Positions 36,416 through 48,900 of a stretch of DNA of 64,000 nucleotides are shown one piece after another. Origin of the DNA: Pristiophorus japonicus (Eukaryota). The stretch spans positions 13,888,001 through 13,952,000 of the forward strand of contig NC_091999.1 of NCBI RefSeq assembly GCF_044704955.1. The letters run 5' to 3'. A model generated the notes under the pieces. The model was not told the origin of the DNA, ran no database searches, and was given only the letters and a program-made list of their open reading frames with translations. Made by a program: the position numbers and the translations under genes. The first letter of the stretch is position 1; the number at the start of each line of letters is the position of its first letter.

Positions 36416-37584
36416 TACGGGTTGCGTTAGAGCAGTAATCGAGCTGTGAACAGAAGTCGACAGACACATTGATCGACAGAGACAAATCGACAAACAGGGA
36501 TAGACAGACAGCGAGAGAGAGAGACAACGAGAGACAGAAAGGATGAGACTGAAAAGTGAGGCAGACTCAGTGAGAAAAAGACTCAAACACCTACATATAC
36601 AGAGATGTGTGTGTGTGATCTATAAAGAGAGAGAGGGAAAGAGTGAGAGAAAGACAGTGATAAAGACGGTGACAAGGAGAGAGACAGATAGAGATAGAGC
36701 AACAGATAGAGAGAGAGACAAAGAGATAAACAGAAAATGATGGAAATACTCAGCAGGTTAGAGGTAGGAACTACCAGCGACAGGCAAAGAGAGACAGATA
36801 GGCAGAAACATAGACAGACAGAGATGATGGGAAAGAGTGAGACAGTCAGACAGAGAGACTGAGAGAATCCCATTCGAACAGAACTGGACACTGTGAGAAA
36901 GAGACAGACACATAGAGAACCAGAGACAAACAGGGAAACGGGGAGAGACAGACAGCAAGATAGAGACAAAGAGAGAGATAAAGTTTGAGACGGAAAGGGA
37001 GGATCAGACTGAATGAGAAAAAGACTCAAACACATACATACGCAGAGATGTATTTGCGTGCTCCATAAAGAGAAGGGGGCAGATAGTGATGGAATGACAG
37101 AGAAAAGGACAGGGACAAAGAGAGGGACAAAGAGAGAGACAAAGAGGGAGACAGATAGAGAGAAAGACAGATCGAGAGAGAGAGACAGAGACAAAAACAG
37201 AAAATAATGGAAATATTTATTAGGTTAGAGTCGGGGACGAACAGAGACAGGCAAAGACATGGACAGACTGAGATAATGGGACAGAGAGAGGCAGTCAGAC
37301 AGAGAGTCTGAGAGAATCCCATTGCAACAGAACTAGACACCGTGAGAAAGAGACAGAGACAAACAGAGAAACAGGGACAGACAGAGTGGGTCAGAGAGAG
37401 ACAAAAACTCAAACACACAAACACATAAACAGCTCTCTAAAGAGAGAGAGCGGCAGAGACATTTCACAATTTCATTTCATTATCGGCTCAGAGTGTCACG
37501 TAGTTACAGAAAACTGGAGATTCAGCTGATGAAAATCGGGTATCATTGAGCAGGATGGGAAAAATCTCTATTTAATTAAGGAAT

Positions 37585-37667
37585 TACCAGGAGTGGGGTT
37601 CGAACCCACGCGGGCATAAACCCATTAGATCTTAAGTCCAACGCCTTTATCACTCGGCCATCCTGGT
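37585..37667 (-). tRNA. tRNA-Leu(TAA), best-preserved copy (possibly still a pseudogene)
   Basis: ACCAGGATGGCCGAGTGATAAAGGCGTTGGACTTAAGATCTAATGGGTTTATGCCCGCGTGGGTTCGAACCCCACTCCTGGTA. Stems pair, B box intact, T-run about 20 nt downstream, but the D-loop GG is changed to GA. Confidence 0.75.
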
Positions 37668-38199
37668 CCTGATCCTGTCAGTGGTTGGACTCTGCCTCTG
37701 TGAGAATCTGGGCTTCAGCTCCAGCCACACAGCGACACACAGACACATAGGATTTCAGGGAGCATTTACGAACTTTTTTCGTTATATTGACACGGGCACA
37801 ACTCTCCTATTATTTTTCAACTAAGGCTCTGGGAACTTTCACATCCACCCGAGGGTGCAGATGGAGCTTCAATTTAAAATTTCAGCCGATGGTCAACAGC
37901 TTCAACAATGCAAAATTCCCCAAGTACTGCATTTGAGTGTCAGCCAAGATTATGGGTTCAAGTCTCAGGAGTGGGACTTACACACACAACTCCTGATTCA
38001 GTCAAGAATGGAGCCACTGAACCAAAACCGATACCAAAGTTCACAACCGTATTATTTTCCCCAAGTTTTTTAAAAAGTTCCAGGACGTACCAAATTCATG
38101 GTGATGATTTCCACAGACAGTTGCACATACACAGAGACATATATACAGATAGACATACACAGACACACTCACACAGAATAACCAAAAATATACACGCAT

Positions 38200-38928
38200 C
38201 AACATAGAAACATAGAAACATAGAAATTAGGTGCAGGAATATGGCATTCGACCCTTCGAGCCTGCACCACCATTCAATAACATCATGGCTGATCATTCAA
38301 CCTCAGTACCCCTTTCCTGCTTTCTCTCCATACCCCTGCATCCCTTTAGCCGTAAGGGCAATATCTAACTCCCTTTTGAATATATCTAACAAACTGGCCT
38401 CAATGACTTTCTGCAGTAGAAAATTTCACAGATTAACCACTCTCTGAGTGAAGACGTTTCTCCTCATCTTGTTTCTAAATGGCTTACCCCTTACTCTTAG
38501 ACTGTGATCCTTGGTCTCGAACTCCCCAACAGCGAGAACATTCTTCCAGCCTCGAAGCTGTCCAATCTCGTCAGAATTTTACATGTTTCTTTGAGATCTC
38601 CTCTCATTCTTCTAAACTCCAGTGGATACCAGCCCAGTTCATCCAGTCTCTCCTCATATGTCAGTCCTGCCATCCCGGGAATCATGCTGGTGAACCTTCG
38701 CTGCAATCCCTCAACAGCAAGGACGTCCTTCCTCAGATTCGGAGACCAAAACTGAACACAATATTCCAGGTGTGGCCTCACGGAGGCCCTGAACAACTGC
38801 AATAAGACCTCCCTGCTCCTAAACTCAAATACCCTAGCTATGAAGGCGAACATACCATTTGCCTTCTTCACCGCCTGCTGCACCTGCATACCAACAATCA
38901 ATGACTGATGTACCATGACACCCAGATC
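38200..38928 (-). mobile_element. CR1 LINE 3' fragment
   Basis: (AACATAGA)n tail; ORF 38497-38916 is the ORF2 C-terminus. Confidence 0.92.
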
Positions 38929-39279
38929 AAGATACCAAAGTTCACACCCGTATTATTTTCCCAAAGTCTTTTTAAAAAGTTCCAGCACATACCAAATTCA
39001 TGGTGATGATTTCCACAGACAGTTGCACATACACAGAGACATATATACAGATAGACAGACTCAGAGACACACACACCCACACACATAACCCAAAATATAC
39101 ATGAACCAACAGACATGCCTTGCACAGGAGGCCAGGGAATGACTTCCGCGTCCAGCACCCACCCTGATACAGAGCGGCTGGGAGTTGCTGGGTCTGCTGT
39201 ATAAATGCAACCAGTTGTTTTAATGGTTTGGGGGAGGCGCTGCCCCCGGGGGTTGCTGGTACTGGGCCCGGCTCTCTGA

Positions 39280-39437
39280 CTCGGGGCCTGAGAGCCGCAC
39301 TCGGTGTTGCCTGGAGCCTGAGAGCCGCATTCGATGTTGCCCAGGGCCTGAGAGCCGCACTCGGTGTTGTCCGGGGCCTGAGAGCCACACTCGGTGTTGC
39401 CCGGGGCCTGAGGGCCGCACTCTGTGTTGCCCGGCGC
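39280..39437. repeat. 30-bp GC-rich minisatellite
   Basis: About 5 copies of GGCCTGAGAGCCGCACTCGGTGTTGCCCGG. Confidence 0.85.
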
Positions 39438-40489
39438 CGTGCTCGCTCCGCTCAGTCCCCGGGAACCTCTCTGCACAGGGAGGTGCTCTCTGGGAACCAG
39501 CCCTTCCCACGCGTTGCCTCCCTGCTGATGGAGATAGGGTGTATTCCCCCAGGTGGAGCACTCTGGGTATAATCATTTGCCATTGTCAGGGAGTGGTACA
39601 GCACAGAAGGCCATGCGGCCCATCGTGTCTGTGCCAGCTCTTTGGTGGAGCTGTTCAATGAGTCTCACTGCTCTGCTCTTTACCCATAGCTCAGTATATT
39701 TTCCCCGGCAAGTATTTATCCAATTCCCTTTTAAAAGTTACTATTGAATCTGCTTCCACCACCCTTTCAGACAGTGCATTCTGGATCGTAACAATTTGCT
39801 GGGTAACAAATGATCCCACATCTCAGCTCTCGTCATTTTGCCAATCATCGGAAGTCTGACTCCTCTGGTTACCTACCCTAATGCCACTGGAAAGACCTTC
39901 CATATTTACTCTTTCTTCTAAATCATTCATAATTTTGTACATCTCCATCAAATCTCCTTTTACCCTTTCCTGCTCTCTGGAGAAAACTTCACCAGGCTCT
40001 CCACATCACGGAAGTCCCACATCCCTGGCACCGTTCCTTCTCTAAAAGCTTGGCATCATTCCGAAAGTTTGGAGCCCAAACTTGAACACAATTCTCCAGC
40101 TGAGGCCTAACCAGTTTTTTATAAAGATTTGGCAAACTAAACATCAAATGCTGATATTTCTCTGAGGGGGTTTAAAGGGCAAGGTCCATCCAGTCAGTTG
40201 GATGTGTCAATGAGACTGCAAACCGAAATAAGCGCATTTGGAGTGGAGAACCAGGGATATGCTGTGTAACCGGGCGCAAACAGTCCTGCACTCCCCCCAC
40301 ATCAGTTGTTTCCTATTTGACATGAAAGTAAATTGTTCGTTGCAACAATTCATTTGATTTGATTTCAAATAGTTTAGTATAGAAATTGAATTATGTTTCT
40401 CTTGATTTTTTTTCCCCAACTCAGATTCAAGGCCTCAGTTTTTCTCTTCGACTGTGCACAGTCACAGGATTCCAAGTCTGCGACTGTAC

Positions 40490-40900
40490 ATTGCAATTCC
40501 AACCCTGGGACTTTACGTTTCTAACCCTGGGAGAGTATGTGAGCATTCTAACCCTGGGGGAAGAGTACATGGGGATTCTAAACCTGGGGGAGAGTACATG
40601 GGGATTCAAACCCTGGGACTGTACATGGGGATTCTAACATTAGCACTGCACAGAGGGTTTCTAACTCTGGCACTGCACATGGGAATTCTAGCCCTGGGAC
40701 TGCACATGGGGATTCTAGCCCTGGGACTGCACATGGGGATTCTAACCCTGGGAGAGTACATGGGGATCCTAACCCTGGGAGAGTACATGGGGATTCAAAC
40801 CCTGGGAGAGTACATGGGGATTCAAACCCTGGGACTGTACATGGGGATTCTAACCCTGGGACTGTACACGGGGATTCTAACCATGGAACTGTATATGGTG
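40490..40900. repeat. 27-bp minisatellite
   Basis: About 15 copies of GATTCTAACCCTGGGA(GA/CT)GTACATGGG. Confidence 0.9.
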
Positions 40901-41488
40901 TCCAGGCACTCGGGCCCCCTTCGGAGACGACCAGGCCTCAGGTGTGGTCTAGCCAGGGCTTTGTGCAGCTGCAGAGGGCTGGCAGCGCCCATGGATACTA
41001 CCAAGGGAGGTAGCTTAGTACTGATTTTCATTTTAAACTTTAAATCAACTTGGGAAACTTATAAATAACTTGGGAAAACTTTTTAAAAACTCCACAAAAA
41101 ACTTTCAAAACTTCTGAAAAAACTTCTAACCAACGTGGAAGAACGTTCAAGAATTCTTTTCTTTAAAATGTTTTTTTATTGAGGAATTGAATACTGTACC
41201 CTAATCTAACTAGAAAATAGTTGGTGTGTTTTATTCGCATCATTTTCAGTCATTTGAAACCGGGTTACACACGACGACGCCTGTGTCTCCGACCAGGTGA
41301 CCTGGACATCAGCCTCCTGCCTCCTGCATCCCCCCAGAGGTGGGATTTCATCCCTCCATTTATTTATTTATTTGTCTATATTAAACTCCAGTCCAGTTAC
41401 AGGAGTTATCAGCAGAAACAATCCCCAATTGTCAGAATGAACATAGTTCAGTCAGGATGTGATTAACAGCAGACTTCTGCCCCTGCAG

Positions 41489-42247
41489 TCAGTTGTGAAC
41501 TCGCTGGTGTCTCAGCAGGGTGGATAACTGAGTGAATCCCTTCCCACACTCAGAGCAGGTGAACGGCCTCTTCCCAGTGTGAATTCGCTGGTGTGACTGC
41601 AGGTGGGATGACTGAGTGAATCCCTTCCCACACTCAGAGCAGGTGAACGGCCTCTCCCCAGTGTGAACTCGCTGGTGTTCCAGCAGGGTGGATGATCGAG
41701 TGAATCCCTTCCCACACTCAGAGCAGGTGAACGGCCTCTCCCCCGTGTAAACTCGCTGGTGTTCCAGCAGGTTGGATGACCGAGTGAATCCCTTCCCACA
41801 CTCAGAGCAGGTGAACAGCCTCTCCCCCGTGTGAACTCGCTGATGTTCCAGCAGGGTGGATGACCGAGTGAATCTCTTCCCACACTCAGAGCACGTGAAC
41901 GGCCTCTCGCCAGTGTGAACTCGCTGGTGTGTCAGCAGGTGGGATGACTGAGTGAATCCCTTCCCACATGTAGAGCAGGTGAACGGCCTCTCCCCAGTGT
42001 GAACTCGCTTGTGTGTCAGCAGGGTGGATGACTGAGTGAATCCCTTCCCACACACGGAGCAGGTGAACGGCCTCTCCCCAGTGTGAACTCGCTGGTGAAC
42101 TACAAGGTCGGATGACTGAGTGAATCCTTTCCCACACGTAGAGCAGGTGAACGGCCTCTCCCCAGTGTGAAAGCGTCGATGAGTTTCCAGTTCTGATGGC
42201 GATCTGAATCCCTTCCCACAGTCCCCACATTTCCACGGTTTCTCCAT
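41489..42247 (-). CDS. C2H2 zinc-finger protein (9 tandem fingers, no KRAB/BTB seen)
   Basis: Uninterrupted [17 protein letters not shown]... with TGERPF linkers; finger 6 ends RVY (His lost). Alternative ATG at 42274. Acceptor ttttacag| at 42587/42586; AATAAA on the minus strand at ~41230 and ~41360. Confidence 0.88.
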   Translation of the reverse strand: MEKPWKCGDCGKGFRSPSELETHRRFHTGERPFTCSTCGKGFTQSSDLVVHQRVHTGERPFTCSVCGKGFTQSSTLLTHKRVHTGERPFTCSTCGKGFTQSSHLLTHQRVHTGERPFTCSECGKRFTRSSTLLEHQRVHTGERLFTCSECGKGFTRSSNLLEHQRVYTGERPFTCSECGKGFTRSSTLLEHQRVHTGERPFTCSECGKGFTQSSHLQSHQRIHTGKRPFTCSECGKGFTQLSTLLRHQRVHN

Positions 42248-42651
42248 GGTGCAGGTATCCTTGTGACTGTCCATGGTTGGATGATCAGTTGAAGCCTCGC
42301 CCACACACACGACACGTTGACAGTTTCTCCGCGCTGTTGAATGGTGCGATGTTTCTTCAGGCTGTGTAACTGGTTAAAGCTCTTTCCACAGGCAGTGCAC
42401 TGGAACACTCACTCGGGTCACACTGATATTTGCAATATTTTCTCTCAGGCAGGACAGACAAACATTTCTCCTTCCACTTTCAAAGGCCGATGATATTCAG
42501 GTCCTGATGAATCGATTGACTCCGTCAGATCTTGACGCGATTTTTATGTTTGTGTTTCCTGTCTGAAAATCTCCCCTTCTAATACGCTGTAAAAGGAGAT
42601 AACAAAACTCATCACTGTCAGTACAAGACACAAATTCAGGATAGACACATC

Positions 42652-43705
42652 GAGGGGCCAGGTTTCGACAGGAGTTGCTTCTATTGTTTTGGAGTATCCA
42701 ATAAATCACAATTCTCCACGTTTAGTTTGTTCCACTTTCAGTCAGTTAGTTCAGTTTCTTTTTCCAGCCACTTACGCCCGTTTTGGCCAGTTGAGGAAGT
42801 TTCGACAGCGGAAAGTTACTCCAAACTAACTTAGGCCTGAGTCAGTGCCCACTTTTGCACGCTCAGAAAAACCTTGTGGACACTTTAGAAATCAGGTGCT
42901 GGTAGCCAGAGATGGCGGGCGGGGGAGGGGTTGTGGAGGGAAGGGAAGTTCGAGGATTTTCCAAAGCATTAAACACTTCACTTTTAAAAATAAAGAACCA
43001 TCATCAATAATAAATGCAATTTAAAAAGAAATTAAAAATCAATCAATAAATAAAAAATTTAAAGTTCCTACCTCACCGACTGCAGCACCTCTCCGTTCCG
43101 GAGCACTGCGAGCCCTCCAGCAGCACACACAGCCCTGCCTGCCTCATTACATTTTCAAGGTTGAAGAGTTAAAGCGAGGCGCGCCGCCGGGGAAGAGTTT
43201 GGGCAGCGCTCCGCCGCTGGGGAAGAGTTTGGGCAGCGCTCCGCTGTCGGGGAAGAGTTCGGGCGGGACCCGCCGCCGGGGAAGAGTTTGGGCGGGGCGC
43301 GTCGCCGGGGAAGAGGTGGTCGGGCTGCCCCATCGCGGAGCTGGTGTTTGGGCGGGCCGGTAGGGAGGCCTCGAGGTAAGAGCAGTGGCGGCGAGGCGAG
43401 GCCCGAGGTCAGGCAGCGGAGAGGTGAAGGACGGTGAGGGGAGGCGAGGCGAGGCCCAAGTTTATGCAATGGCAAGGCGAGGCAGGCAGACCACTCGGCC
43501 CGGGCTAGGGGCAGCGAACATCGCGTCGTTCCTTCGGCCAGGAATAGGGTCGCCCGGAGCCACGACGCGCTGGGAGGGCCAGGAGCTACTGTGTACACAC
43601 GCAGACTCCACTGCACACACGGGCAGCTGCCAACAGTCTTTTTGGCGCATGGCTGTAGCTCCGCCCGCTACTGCTTCTCTTGTGCTCAGTCCAAAGCAGG
43701 CCAGG
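42652..43705. mobile_element. Probable interspersed repeat of unknown class, with GC-rich core and 30-bp subrepeats (43180-43320)
   Basis: Sharp compositional switch from an A-rich run to a GC-rich segment with repeated GCCGCCGGGGAAGAGTTTGGGC; no coding motifs recognised. Confidence 0.35.
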
Positions 43706-44338
43706 ACTCTGGCTGGGTTCACTTGTACACTCACTGGTTCCCCTCCCCTGAAGGTACTGACTCTGGCTGGGTTCACTTGTACACTCACTGGTTCCCCTCC
43801 CCTGAAGGTACTGACTCTGGCTGGGTTCAGTTCTGCACTCACTGGTTCCCCTCCCCTGAAGGTACTGACTCTGGCTGGGTTCAGTTCTACACTCACTGGT
43901 TCCCCTCCCCTGAAGGTGCTGACTCTGGCTGGGTTCAGTTCCACACTCACTGGTTCCCCTCCCCTGAAGGTACTGACTCTGGCTGGGTTCACTTGTACAC
44001 TCACTGGTTCCCCTCCCCTGAAGGTACTGACTCTGGCTGGGTTCAGTTCTGCACTCACTGGTTCCCCTCCCCTGAAGGTACTGACTCTGGCTGGGTTCAG
44101 TTCTACACTCACTGGTTCCCCTCCCCTGAAGGTACTGACTCTGGCTGAGTTCAGTTCTGCACTCACTGGTTCCCCTCCCCTGAAGGTACTGACTCTGGCT
44201 GGGTTCAGTTCTACACTCACTGGTTCCCCTCCCCTGAAGGTGCTGACTCTAGCTGGGTTCAGTTCCACACTCACTGGCTCCCCTCTCCTCCCCTGAAGAT
44301 GCTGACTCTGTCTGGTTTCAGTTCTGCACTCACTGGTT
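43706..44338. repeat. 54-bp minisatellite (~11.7 copies)
   Basis: CTGGCTGGGTTCAGTTCTACACTCACTGGTTCCCCTCCCCTGAAGGTACTGACT; highly homogeneous. Confidence 0.95.
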
Positions 44339-44344
44339 AACACA

Positions 44345-45400
44345 CGATATAGGAGCAGCAGTCGGCCATGCAGCCCATCGAACCTGTTCTGCCATTTAAT
44401 ACGATCATGGCTGATCCGATCATAGACTCAGGTCCCCTTCCCTGCCCGCTCCCCATAACCCCTTATCGTTTAAGAAAGTATCTATTTCTGAATTAACTTA
44501 TGCAATGTCCCAGCTTCCACAACTCTCTGAGGCAGTGAATTCCACACATCCAAAACCCTCAGAGAAGAAATTTCTCCTCATCTCAGTTTTAAATGGAGGC
44601 CCCTTATTCTAAGATGATGCCCTCTAGTTCTAGTCTCCCCCATCAGTGAAACATCCTCTCTGCATCCACCTTGTCAAGCCTCCTCATAATCTGATATGTT
44701 TCGATAATATCACTTTTCTATCTTCTGAATTCCAATGAGAAGAGGCCCAACATATTCAACCTTTCCTCATAAGTCAACCCCCTCAACTTTGTGAACCTTC
44801 TCTGAATTACCTCCAAAGCAAGCATATCCTTTTGTAAATATGGAAACCAAAACTGCACGCAGTATTCCAAGTGTGGCCTCACCAATACCCTGTACAACTG
44901 TAGCAAGACTTCCCAGCTTTTACACTCCATCCCCTTCGTAATAAAGGCCAAGATTCCATTGGCCTTCCTGATAACTTGCTGTATCTGCATACTGATCGTT
45001 TGTGTTTCATGCACAAGTACCCCCAGGTCCTGCTGTACAGTAGCACTTAGCAATCTTTCTCCATTTAAATAATAACTTGCTCTGTGATTTTTTTTTCTGC
45101 CAAAGTGCATGACCTCACACTTTCCAACATTATACTCCAAGTTTTTGCCAAATCACTTAGCCTGTCAATGTCGTTTTGCAGATTTTGTGTGTCCTCCTCA
45201 CACATTGCATTTTGTATCATCAGCAAACTTGGCTACACTACACTCGGTCTCTTCGTCCAAGTCGTTAATATAGATTGTAAATAGTTGGGGTCCCAGCACT
45301 GAACCCTGTGGCAACCCACTAGTTACTGATTGCCAAACTGAGAATGAACCATTTATCCCGACTCAATATTTCCTTATAAGTCAACCCTCTCATCTCCGGA
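44345..45400 (-). mobile_element. CR1 LINE 3' fragment inserted in the 54-bp array
   Basis: ORF 44718-45140 (MEYNVGKCEVMHFG...RPHLEYCVQFW). Confidence 0.9.
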
Positions 45401-45419
45401 ATCAATCTTCTCTCAACTG

Positions 45420-45880
45420 CCTCTCCTTTCCCCTTTCCTCCTCTGAAGATGCTGAATCTGTCTGGTTTCAGTTCTGCACTCACTGGTTCCCCTCTCATCC
45501 CCTGAAGGTGCTGACTCTGGCTGGGTTCAGTTCTCCACTCACTGGTTCCCCTCTCATCCCTTCAAGATGCTGACACTGGCCGGGTTGAGTTCGACACTCA
45601 CCGGTTTCCCTCCCTCTCCTAAAGGAGCTGACTCTGGCTGGGTCCAGTTCTACACTCACTGGTTCCCCTCCATCTCCTCCCCTGAAGGTACTGATTCTGC
45701 CTGGGTCCAGTTCTACACTCACTGGTTCCCCTCCATCTCCTCCCCTGAAGGTACTGACTCTGCCTGGGTTCAGTTGTACACTCAGTGGTTTCCCTCCCTC
45801 CCATCTGCCCCGTCCCTTAAGGCGCTAACTCTGGCTGTGTTCAATTCCACACTCACTGTTTCCACTCCCTCCCCTCTCCA
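45420..45880. repeat. Diverged 54-60-bp continuation of the minisatellite
   Basis: Same core with CCTCCATCT insertions. Confidence 0.85.
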
Positions 45881-48800
45881 GCAGGCAGAGTTTAGGGAGC
45901 TAGGAGAGAGATTAAAAAGCAGGACCTCAAAAAGGTAGCAATCTCCGGATTACTCCCGATGTCACGAGCTAGTGACTACAGAATTAGGAGGATAGAGCAG
46001 ATGAATGCCTGGCTGCAGAGATGGTGCAGGCGGGAGGACGTTAGTTTCCTGAGGCACTGGGACCGCTTCTGGGGGAGGTGGAACAAACCTGAATGGACAA
46101 ACCAGGCGGGTTGCACCTCAACAGAACCGGGACCATTATCCTCGTGGAGTGTTTGCGAGTGCTGTTGGGGAGAGTTTAAACTAGCTTGGCAGAGGGATGG
46201 GAACCTGGAAATAGACTCATAGGGAGGGGAGTAAAGCTGTAATTAGAAAGCAAAAATAAAGAAAGTGAGTTTGAAGGAGAGAGGAAACAAGCAGGAAAAA
46301 AAGTGTAAAAAAACAAACTTAAAGGCACTTTGTCTAAATGCACGTAGCATTTGTAACAAAATAGATGAGTTGACGGCACAAATAGATACAAATGGGTATG
46401 ATCTGACAGCCATTACAGAGACGTGGTTGCAAGGTGACCAGGACTGGGAATTAAATATCCAGCAGTATTGGACAATCCAGAAGGACAGACAGAAAGGAAA
46501 AGGAGGTGGAGTAGCTCTATTGATAAACGATGGAATCACTGCAATAGTAAGAAACGACATTGGCTCAAATGATCAGGATGTTGAAACAGTTTGGGTGGAG
46601 ATAAGGAACAATAAGCGGAAAAAGTCACTGGTGGGTGTAGTCTATAGGCCCCCTAACAGTAGCAACTGTGTTGGTCGGAGTATAAACCAGGAAATAGTGG
46701 GGGCTTGTAAAAAGGGAACAGCAATAATCATGGGTGATTTTAACCTCCATATTGATTGGACAAATCAAATTGGTCAGGATAGCCTTGAGGATGAATTCAT
46801 AGAGTGCATAAGGGACGGGTTCCTTCAGCAGTATGTAACGGAACCAACCAGGGGGAAGACTATCTTTGATCTGGTCCTGTGTAATGAGACAGGATTAATA
46901 AACAATCTCCTAGTAAAGGATCCCTTGGAATGAGTGATCATAGCATGATCTGAATTTGAAATTCAGATGGGGTGAGAAAGTTGGATCTCCAACCAGCATA
47001 CTAATCTTAAATAAAGGAGACTATGTAGATATGAGGGCAGAGTTGGGTAAAGTGGACTGGGAAAATAGATTAAAGTGTCGGACGGTTGATGAACAGTGGT
47101 GTACATTTCAGGGGATATTGCACAACTCTCAAGAAAAATATATTCCAGTGAGGAGGAAAGGGTGTAAAACAAAAGATAGCCATCCGTGGCTAACTAAAGA
47201 AATAAAGGACGGTATCCAACTAAAAACAAGGGCATACAAAGTGGCCAAAACTAGGGGGAGGACAGAAGACTATGAAGCTTTTAAAAGCCAGCAAAGAATG
47301 ACAAAAAAAATGATTAAGAAAGGGAAAATAGACTATGAAAGTAAACTAGCACAAAATATAAAAACAGATAGCAAGAGTTTCTACAGGTATATAAAAAGGA
47401 AAAGAGTGGCTAAAGTAAATGTTGGTCCCTTAGAGGACGAGATCAGGGAATTAGTAATGGGGAACATGAAGATGGCAGAAACTCTGAACAAATATTTTCT
47501 ATCAGTCTTTACGGTCGAGGACACTAACAATATCCCAACAGTCAAGGGGCTACAGGGGGGAGGAACTTAACACAATCACTAAGAAGGTGGTACTCAGTAA
47601 GATAATGGGACTAAAGGCAGATAAATCCCCTGGACCTGATGGCTTGCATCCTCGGGTCTTAAGAGAAGCAGCAGCAGGGACAGTGGATGCATTGGTTGTA
47701 ATTTACCAAAATTCCCTGGATTCTGGGGAGGTCCCAGCGATTGGAAAACTGCAAAAGTAACGTCCTTATTTAAAAAAGGAGGCAGCCAAAAAGCAGGAAA
47801 CTATAGACCAGTTAGCCGAACATCTGTGGTTGGGAAAATGTTGGAGTACATTATTAAAGAAGCAGTAGCAGGATATTTGGAAAAGCAAAATTCGGTGAGG
47901 CAGAGTCAGCATGGGTTTATGAAGGGGAAGGCATGTTTGACAAATTTGCTGGAATTCTTTGAGGATGTAACAAACAGGGTGGATGAAGGGGAACCAGTGA
48001 GTGTGGTGTATTTGGACTTCCAGAAGGCATTTGACAAGGTGCCACGTAAAAGGTTACTGCACAAGATAAAAGTTCATGGGGTTGGGGGTAATATATCAGC
48101 ATTGATAGAGGATTGGCTAACTAACAGAAAACAGAGAGTCGGGATAAATGGTTCATTCTCTGGTTGGCAACCAATAACTAGTGGGGTGCTGCAGGGATCA
48201 GTGCTGGGACCCCAACTATTTACATTCTATATTAAAGAACTTGGAAGAAGGGACTGAGTGTAATGTTGCCAAGTTTGCTGACGATACAAAGGATGGGAGG
48301 ACACATAAAATCTGCAAAAGGACATAGACAGGCTAAGTGAATGGGAAACAAATTGGCAGATAGAGTATAATATTAGAAAGTGTGAGGTCATGCACTTTGG
48401 CAGAGAAAAATCAAAGAGCAAGTTATTATTTAAATGGAGAAAGATTGCAAAGTGCTGCAGTACAGCGGGACCTGGGGGTACTTGTGTATGAAACACAAAA
48501 GGATAGTATGCAGGTGCAGCAAGTGATCAGGAAGGCGAATGGAATCTTGGCCTTCCTGATCCATGTTTATGAAAGGATATACTTGCTTTGGAGGCAGTTC
48601 AGAGAAGGTTTCGGGGATGAGGGGGATGACTTATGAGGAAAGGTTGAGTAGTTTGGACCTCTGCCCATTGGAATTCAGAAGAATGAGAGGTGATCTTATC
48701 GAAATGTATAAGATTATGAGGGGGCTTGAAAAGGTGGAGGCAGAGAGGATGTTTCCATTGATGGGGGAGACTCGAACTAGAGGGCATAATCTTAGAATAA

Positions 48801-48900
48801 GGGGCCACCCATTTAAAACTGAGATGAGGAGGAATGTCTTCTCTCAAAGGGTTGTAAATCTATGGAATTTGCTGCCTCAGAGAGCTGTGAAAGTTGGGTC
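45881..48900 (+). mobile_element. CR1 LINE (ORF1 C-terminus plus disrupted ORF2)
   Basis: ORFs 45959-46222, 46265-46933 (APE), 46956-47570, 47826-48257 (RT), 48563-48904. Confidence 0.93.

Noticed and set aside
40454-41068. 204-aa ORF with MGILTLGEY repeats
   Set aside because: Product of the 27-bp minisatellite; no independent coding evidence
43385-44343. 303-aa and 293-aa ORFs on opposite strands with 18-aa repeats
   Set aside because: A stop-free 54-bp unit gives ORFs on both strands automatically; diverged copies at 45420-45880 and 53045-53350 break the frame
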